From an uncultured bacterium (GTDB lineage: Bacteria; Abyssobacteria; SURF-5): a DNA stretch of 16,266 nt. Within the stretch, counting starts at the first letter, position 1. Every line of letters starts with the position of its first letter. The DNA lies in assembly GCA_964510165.1 (NCBI GenBank), contig CAZEBC010000006.1, forward strand, positions 32,964-49,229, written 5' to 3'. The translations under genes were made by a program, and so were the position numbers. Under the pieces are notes generated by a model that was not told the origin of the DNA, did not search any database, and saw nothing but the letters and a program-made list of their open reading frames with translations. This document shows positions 8,714-13,976 of this stretch, in pieces.

Positions 8714-8953
8714 CTAGGTTTTGTAATTCTTCTCGAGGTACTTGACGATATCGTCCGACTCGTACATCGCAACGCCTTTATCGGAGTCGACCAGGAATGG
8801 CACCTGAACCTTCCCGCCCAGTTTTATGAGCATATCCTCTTTCTTGCTGCCGTCGCGAACGTTTCGGCAGATGTAATCCAGGTCCAACTCAGTCATTCTG
8901 GCGCGCACTTTTTGACAAAACGGGCATCCTTCCTTCTGGTACAATTCGAGCAT
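8714..8953 (-). CDS. Glutaredoxin-like / stand-alone GST N-terminal thioredoxin-fold protein
   Basis: LELYQKEGCPFC, QVPFLVD, MYESDDIVKYL; SD GGAGG upstream; 17 bp downstream of the ferritin-like gene. Confidence 0.9.
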   Translation of the reverse strand: MLELYQKEGCPFCQKVRARMTELDLDYICRNVRDGSKKEDMLIKLGGKVQVPFLVDSDKGVAMYESDDIVKYLEKNYKT

Positions 8954-8970
8954 AGGGTACCCCCTCCCAG

Positions 8971-9429
8971 TCAGTTTTCCGGCTGGAACATATCGTCGTA
9001 GAGTTTCTCCAACCTCTGTTTATGTTTCTTCTCTTCGTTGGCTATTCGATTGAGCAGGTTGCGGGTCTTCTCGTCACCGGCGAACGGAAGAATGGACGTA
9101 TAAAAATTGAAGGCGTCGACCTCCTCACCAATGGCGAAGCGCAGAACTTCCTGCATGGTGGCTTCCTTTGTCATTTCGGCTCGTTCGGTGAAATCGGCGA
9201 ATTCGCTCTTCGCGATTGTCGGCTTGGTGAACGTTCCCGGCTTGTCGGGGTCGATCTTTTCGAGAATCTGTTTGTGCCCGAGTTCTTCCTGGGCGAGTTC
9301 CTGAAGCAGTTTCTTGCTCTGTTTGTCCTGGACTTTCCTGGCATAGAGCTCGTACAATGTCTTTGCCTCGACCTCCTTGCCTATTGCCCGATTCAGTATC
9401 TGCTGCGGAGTGAAATTGCGCATTCCCAT
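8971..9429 (-). CDS. Rubrerythrin/ferritin-like di-iron protein without a rubredoxin domain
   Basis: Two repeats of the AI..E..A...Y ... EE..H pattern (EVEA..LY/EELGH; EVDA..FY/EEKKH). GGAGGAG lies 9 nt before ATG 9429; the ORF-track start 9468 is probably too long. Confidence 0.9.
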   Translation of the reverse strand: MGMRNFTPQQILNRAIGKEVEAKTLYELYARKVQDKQSKKLLQELAQEELGHKQILEKIDPDKPGTFTKPTIAKSEFADFTERAEMTKEATMQEVLRFAIGEEVDAFNFYTSILPFAGDEKTRNLLNRIANEEKKHKQRLEKLYDDMFQPEN

Positions 9430-9499
9430 TTCTTCTGACTCCTCCTCCATCACATGTCCTCTACACATTCGGCCCCACCGGACACAGTTTGTCAGTCAA

Positions 9500-9508
9500 A
9501 TCATATCA
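9500..9508 (-). promoter_or_regulatory. Possible extended -10 promoter for the rubrerythrin-glutaredoxin pair
   Basis: Minus strand reads TG-a-TATGAT (9508-9500), about 70 nt upstream of the start; the -35 is weak. Confidence 0.4.
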
Positions 9509-9665
9509 CGTCAGTTGCCGCTTCGCTAAGGGAACACTGCCCTATAAATGGGCGGACTCGCTCGCTTCTCTGGCGAGAACACAGACCACCCCGCGGAATG
9601 GACGTAGTATAGCCGATGTGCGACCCGAAATTCAATGTATGCCCCGCGAGTGATGGTCTGGTTTA

Positions 9666-9694
9666 TTGACTAGCAAAAAGAAGTCTGCTATAAT
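9666..9694 (+). promoter_or_regulatory. Near-consensus sigma70 promoter with extended -10
   Basis: TTGACT (9666-9671), 17 bp spacer, TG-c-TATAAT (9689-9694), followed by SD GGGAGG. Confidence 0.8.
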
Positions 9695-9718
9695 TAGGGC
9701 AACAATGAATGGGAGGCG

Positions 9719-10468
9719 TTGGTCATGTTGAGAATTACCGCAACGGTCATTGCGATGGCCATCTTCGGCCTGGTGTTCAGCCCGTCCCTCTGGGCGGATA
9801 CCGTAAAGTTGAAGAGTGGCCAGACTTACAAAGGCACGATAACCTCGGAAGAAGAGGACCGCATACAAATCAAGCTCGAGGGAAGCGGGGCGAGGATATG
9901 GTTTGCCCGCGACCAGATAGTCTCGTTGAAGAAAGCGACACCGGAACAAGAGGCGCAGGAGCAATCCGAGGATGTGGACGAGGAAGCGGGAGAACAGAAG
10001 GAAGGCGTTGACGACGAGACGTTGCGCGCGCAGGAATTGCTCGATAAGTTGCGCAATGAGGTAAAGGACCCCTCGCTTCCAAAGCCCAAGAAACGGGTGG
10101 CGGCAAAGAATACGGAGCCGGAATTGGACACCGCAACCGCAGCCCCCGGGGCAAGTGAGGCAGAGATAGAGGGCCTCATTAACACAATGAGGACCGGCGA
10201 GTATTACGCGCGTCTCAGCGCCACAAAACGCCTGGGCGAGATCGGCGGCGATCAAGCCATACCGCACCTTATCCATCAGCTCGATGACGAAGACCAATTG
10301 CTCCGGCAAGCGGCAAATGACGCCCTGGTCAAGATCACCGGCCAGAATTTCGGCTACAAATACACCGACAACCGCAGCGTCCGCCTCCAGGCGATAGAGC
10401 GATGGCAAAAGTGGTACGAGCAGAAACAGCAGAGAGAGGCCGAGAAGGAGTTCAAGTTCTTCCGATAA
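9719..10468 (+). CDS. Exported HEAT-repeat-containing protein of unknown function
   Basis: Signal peptide ending SLWA; small beta domain DTVKLKSGQTYKGTI; acidic linker; HEAT-like RLSATKRLGEIGGDQAIPHLIHQLDDEDQLLRQAANDALVKITG; W..W helix. Start is TTG 9719 or ATG 9725. Confidence 0.75.
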   Translation: MVMLRITATVIAMAIFGLVFSPSLWADTVKLKSGQTYKGTITSEEEDRIQIKLEGSGARIWFARDQIVSLKKATPEQEAQEQSEDVDEEAGEQKEGVDDETLRAQELLDKLRNEVKDPSLPKPKKRVAAKNTEPELDTATAAPGASEAEIEGLINTMRTGEYYARLSATKRLGEIGGDQAIPHLIHQLDDEDQLLRQAANDALVKITGQNFGYKYTDNRSVRLQAIERWQKWYEQKQQREAEKEFKFFR

Positions 10469-10557
10469 TTCATTCCGTCCAATTTCTTTTCCGCTAGCGC
10501 GCCGATTAGAGGCGCTCCCTCAGGTCGCTGTAATTCGTGGCGCAATTGTTCGTCTGT

Positions 10558-10597
10558 CTTGGTGATTCGTTGGTGTGCTTGGTGACTTGGTGGTGAA
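10558..10597. repeat. Short imperfect tandem repeat (C)TTGGTG x4
   Basis: TTGGTG at 10559, 10570, 10579 and 10587, ending TTGGTGGTGAA, in an intergenic gap. Confidence 0.6.
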
Positions 10598-10718
10598 GAA
10601 GCGCTTTCGCCTCCGCCGCGCGTTGTCGACAAGAGGCTGCAATTTGAAGCCTTGCGAGCGACCAGCATAGTGAACAAGATTTGAGAAATGAGGAGCCTCC
10701 TTTGGCCGCAGATTCCGG

Positions 10719-11756
10719 ATGGGAGGAAACCAGGTGAAGTGGGACGAAGACCTTTTTCATGAGACCAGGGGCAGCGCCGCGGTGCTTTCTCCTGCCGCCG
10801 GGACCCCTCCCCCGCTGAAACAGTTCGAAAGGGACGGCCGGCTGGAGCAGCCGATTCTGAGGCGAAAGGATTATCTGACCGACACATGGTGTCACCTTAA
10901 CCTTGCCCGGGCGACGAGGCCGTTTGTGGCGCCGCAACTGGCGAAGACAGAGGAAGCGAGATGCTATTTCTGCCCAGGGAGCAAAGCCTTCACTCCGCGC
11001 GATGTGAAGACGCAAACCGATACCGTTACGGTTGGCGATTCCTCCTGGCGACTCAGGGCTTTTCCCAACCTTTATCCCTGGCTGGCTGAGCACGGCAACG
11101 TGGTCGAAAGCCCCCGGCACAAAGTGAGCCTGAGCGATATTGACGAGGAAGACCAGGCAGCAGCCTTGTTGACGATACGCCGATTGTGCGAACGATTCGA
11201 GGCCGACGGTCTGCACCCGATGGTTTTCAAGAATCAGGGCTGGGGGGCCTCTACGCCCCACACGCACTGGCAATACGGCGCGTTGCCGTACATTCCGAAG
11301 CGCGAGTTGTGCGAGCTTGAGACCGCTCAGAGGTTCAAGCAGAAATGGGGCCGGAACGTCTTTGACTCCATAGTCGAGGCGGAGCGCGAGCGGAAGGAAC
11401 GTTTTGTGTGTGAGGACCGGTCCGTCGCCTGTATCACTCCGTTCGCCCCTCGCAGCAACTATGAGGCTTGGCTGATACTGAAAAGCAGCCTTTCCTCGCT
11501 CACCTCTGCGGGAAATACGGAATTAAGAGACCTCGCGACCATGCTCACGCGGCTTCTCAGGGTGTTGTTCACTGAACTGAACATTGACAGCCTGATAGTC
11601 GTGTGTCATCAACTCCGAGGCGAGGACAGCTACCGGTTGCATCTGGAGGCGCTTCCCTACAAGCACTGGGCGGGCGCAGAACGAGGGTTTGAGGAGTACG
11701 CGGTTGAGGTGATGCCCGAGCAGGCGGCAGCCTTCTTGAGGAAGCGTATAGGCTGA
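10719..11756 (+). CDS. GalT-like (HIT superfamily) nucleotidyltransferase, galactose-1-phosphate uridylyltransferase family
   Basis: RKDYLTDTW...ARATRP, CYFCPG zinc motif, RAFPNLYP, VVESPRH, FKNQG..ASTPHTHWQ (HxHxQ), PFAPRSNYE, AGAERG. SD GAGGAG is rather far upstream, so the start is uncertain. Confidence 0.85.
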   Translation: MGGNQVKWDEDLFHETRGSAAVLSPAAGTPPPLKQFERDGRLEQPILRRKDYLTDTWCHLNLARATRPFVAPQLAKTEEARCYFCPGSKAFTPRDVKTQTDTVTVGDSSWRLRAFPNLYPWLAEHGNVVESPRHKVSLSDIDEEDQAAALLTIRRLCERFEADGLHPMVFKNQGWGASTPHTHWQYGALPYIPKRELCELETAQRFKQKWGRNVFDSIVEAERERKERFVCEDRSVACITPFAPRSNYEAWLILKSSLSSLTSAGNTELRDLATMLTRLLRVLFTELNIDSLIVVCHQLRGEDSYRLHLEALPYKHWAGAERGFEEYAVEVMPEQAAAFLRKRIG

Positions 11757-11767
11757 CAGATGATGAG

Positions 11768-11784
11768 GCAGGCAAGATGCCTGC
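11768..11784. repeat. REP-like palindrome between convergent genes
   Basis: GCAGGCA-aga-TGCCTGC, a perfect 7-bp stem with no U-tract. Confidence 0.45.
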
Positions 11785-11810
11785 GCTGCCATCAACACGG
11801 CCGGTTCATC

Positions 11811-12866
11811 CTATACATGGAAGCGGAACCGGATCATATCGCCATCCTGAACCTCGTAATCCTTCCCTTCGAGTCGAAGCCGGCCCGCATCACGCGCCGT
11901 CTGCAGTGAGCCGATCTCGACGAACTCCTCAAAGTTGATCACCTCAGCCCGGATGAAGCCACGCTCCATATCGGAATGGACTTTTCCGGCGGCCTGAACC
12001 GCATGCGTGCCCTTCGGGACCGACCAGGCGCGTATCTCGGTGTCGGCAATGGTGAAAAACGATATCAGATTGAGCATTTCATAGACTCTTCTGAGCAACC
12101 TTTCACGCCCCGCCCCCTGCAGCCCCATTTCCCGGAGGAAGGCGGCTTGTTCGGCGCGCGCGAGTTCCGATATTTCAAGCTCTATTTCGGCGCAATACTG
12201 CATCAGATCGTACGAGTTGGCATGCGCATAGGAATGGAGAGCCGGGTCAATAGCTTTACCAATGTCCGCCTCGCCGATATTCACAAGGATCAACGAGGGC
12301 TTTCGGGTCAGGAAGTTGAAGCCTGCGAGTAATTTCGTTTCGATGTCGTTGAGTTCGAGCAGCCGGAGCGGCTTTTCGGAATCGAGACATTTCTTCGCCC
12401 GCAGCAGCGCCTCTTTCTCGGCTTTTTCCGAGTGCTCCTTCTCTATCCTTTGCAGACGTTTTTCAACCTGTATCATATCGGCCACGCTGAGTTCCGCCTC
12501 GATATTCTTTATGTCTCTCAGCGGGTCTATGCTTCCGAGCGGATGGACGACGGCGGGATTCTCGAAGGCACGCACGACACACATCAGCGCATCAGCCGTT
12601 CGGACCTCGATGATGGTTTCCGGGGAGAGGTCGGCGCCCTTCTGGTCTGCCCTTCCGCCGGCGATATCCATGAAGTCCACGTCCGCGTAAACGACTTTGG
12701 GAGGAGCGAAAACCTCAGCCAATCGGTCGAGGCGGGGATCGGGCACCTTTACGTTACCCATGTGGATTCCGTGCCTGAGAGCCTCCGTCACATGCGCGCC
12801 ACCAACGAGACTTCCGAACACGGCGCTTTTTCCTGATTGTGCAAGCCCGACAATTGCGACTTTCAT
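11811..12866 (-). CDS. ychF: YchF/Obg-family P-loop NTPase with C-terminal TGS-like domain, divergent
   Basis: IVGLAQSGKS, VKVPDPRLDRL, FMDIAG, CVVRAFE, DPLRDI, LISFFT...EIRAW, AAGKVHSDMERGFIRAEV, RLEGKDYEVQDGD..FRF; SD GAGG. Confidence 0.9.
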   Translation of the reverse strand: MKVAIVGLAQSGKSAVFGSLVGGAHVTEALRHGIHMGNVKVPDPRLDRLAEVFAPPKVVYADVDFMDIAGGRADQKGADLSPETIIEVRTADALMCVVRAFENPAVVHPLGSIDPLRDIKNIEAELSVADMIQVEKRLQRIEKEHSEKAEKEALLRAKKCLDSEKPLRLLELNDIETKLLAGFNFLTRKPSLILVNIGEADIGKAIDPALHSYAHANSYDLMQYCAEIELEISELARAEQAAFLREMGLQGAGRERLLRRVYEMLNLISFFTIADTEIRAWSVPKGTHAVQAAGKVHSDMERGFIRAEVINFEEFVEIGSLQTARDAGRLRLEGKDYEVQDGDMIRFRFHV

Positions 12867-12893
12867 CTGGATGACCTCTTACGAAGTCAAGGC

Positions 12894-12916
12894 GCGCGAA
12901 TGAATCCGCACCTACA
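12894..12916. repeat. REP-like imperfect palindrome with CTAC foot
   Basis: GCGCGAATGAATCCGCACCTACA; the minus strand reads TGTAGGTGCGGATTCATTCGCGC. Confidence 0.5.
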
Positions 12917-12963
12917 GCCAAGTCGTCTCATATTTTCAATTAAGGGACAATCTCACACCGCCT

Positions 12964-12992
12964 ATTATATTGAATGAGTCACATGGGCGCAA
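12964..12992 (-). promoter_or_regulatory. sigma70 promoter for ychF
   Basis: Minus strand: TTGCGC (12992-12987), 17 bp spacer, TATAAT (12969-12964). Confidence 0.6.
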
Positions 12993-13044
12993 ACGCCCAT
13001 GCGTAAACGACCCAAAGCAGACGGTGATTCATTCCTCAACGGAG

Positions 13045-13073
13045 TTGACATCCAGGATCGGAGGGAATATAAT
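13045..13073 (+). promoter_or_regulatory. Perfect consensus sigma70 promoter
   Basis: TTGACA (13045-13050), exactly 17 bp, TATAAT (13068-13073). Confidence 0.85.
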
Positions 13074-13107
13074 TTCTGCGTCGGACGCGTCACGAGAGGT
13101 TCTCCTG

Positions 13108-13788
13108 ATGGAACACGGCAAGAAGATACGGGTGGTGACCCAGAGGGGTACTTTCTACCTGGATGTCGATGGCCGTCCCGACGGCGCCTCACCCGAGCTT
13201 CCGAAATTTCTGGAAAAGAAGGAACGCGCCAGCCTCAATCTGAGCGAGTTCACCCTCGACGATTCGGAAGTCCAGCAGCTCAGCGAAGAAGCCTTCCTCT
13301 ATCGTCTCAGACGTGAGTATTTCTTCAAGATAGGCGACTATCCCCGCTCCATCCGCGACGTCAACATCGGGATTCAAATCATCGAGATGATAACGGCGCA
13401 TGCCGAGAACCCTGAACTCTGCGCGTTCTTCCTCCAATTCAGGCCCGACCAGGAGATATTCCTGCGGACTGCCGAGTCAAGGCTTGCAATCAGGCAAAAG
13501 GATTATGTGCTCGCGCGGCAACGAATAGAGCTTGCCGCTTCTTTCATCAGAAGCTTCGCCCAAGAACACTGCGAGGCCTTCTCTCAGGAATGGCTGGAGA
13601 AAAGACTGAAACAACTGAAAAAGGTCTATGACGATATCGGAGAGATGTGGGAAAACGACCCCGCCTCCCTCAGAAACTCTCCTCCGAGCCTCGAGCAGCA
13701 ATTGAGAACTGCAATCGAGGCGGAAGAATACGAACGCGCGGCGCAACTAAGGGATCTCATCCGCCGCAGGCAATCGAAACCGCAATAG
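13108..13788 (+). CDS. Uncharacterised helical protein with GRPDG motif and C-terminal UVR (UvrB/UvrC) coiled-coil motif
   Basis: C-terminal LEQQLRTAIEAEEYERAAQLRDLI is a classic UVR motif; DVDGRPDG lies near the N-terminus. ATG 13108 with SD GAGAGG is downstream of the consensus promoter, whereas the ORF-track start 12970 is upstream of it. Confidence 0.8.
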   Translation: MEHGKKIRVVTQRGTFYLDVDGRPDGASPELPKFLEKKERASLNLSEFTLDDSEVQQLSEEAFLYRLRREYFFKIGDYPRSIRDVNIGIQIIEMITAHAENPELCAFFLQFRPDQEIFLRTAESRLAIRQKDYVLARQRIELAASFIRSFAQEHCEAFSQEWLEKRLKQLKKVYDDIGEMWENDPASLRNSPPSLEQQLRTAIEAEEYERAAQLRDLIRRRQSKPQ

Positions 13789-13917
13789 CAGGAATCCGCT
13801 CGTCCGATTGCCACTCTCCCCTGCCGCTCTCGCAACCAATGGTCATTATCGGGAACCTTCCGCGTGGCGCGGGACACGGTGTCCACAATCTGACTGGACA
13901 TACTGCGACCAGAAGCA

Positions 13918-13943
13918 TGAGGCAGGGCCGAAGCCCTGCCTCA
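13918..13943 (-). terminator. Strong hairpin 3' of the multicopper oxidase gene, possible terminator or stabiliser
   Basis: TGAGGCAGGGC-cgaa-GCCCTGCCTCA, a perfect 11-bp stem. On the minus strand the loop is C(UUCG)G and only a weak U-tract (UGCUUCU) follows. Confidence 0.6.
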
Positions 13944-13976
13944 CACATAACAGATGAGTCGGCGATTACCCCCTCC

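Noticed and set aside
10558-10597. TTGGTG repeats as a CRISPR array or Chi sites
   Set aside because: The units are far too short, there are no spacers or cas genes, and they do not match GCTGGTGG exactly.
12970-13107. N-terminal extension of the UVR protein given by the ORF track
   Set aside because: It spans both divergent promoters; the ATG at 13108 has an SD and lies downstream of the consensus promoter.
13872-13884. Palindrome GGACAC-g-GTGTCC
   Set aside because: Only 6-bp arms in GC-rich DNA between convergent genes; could be chance.
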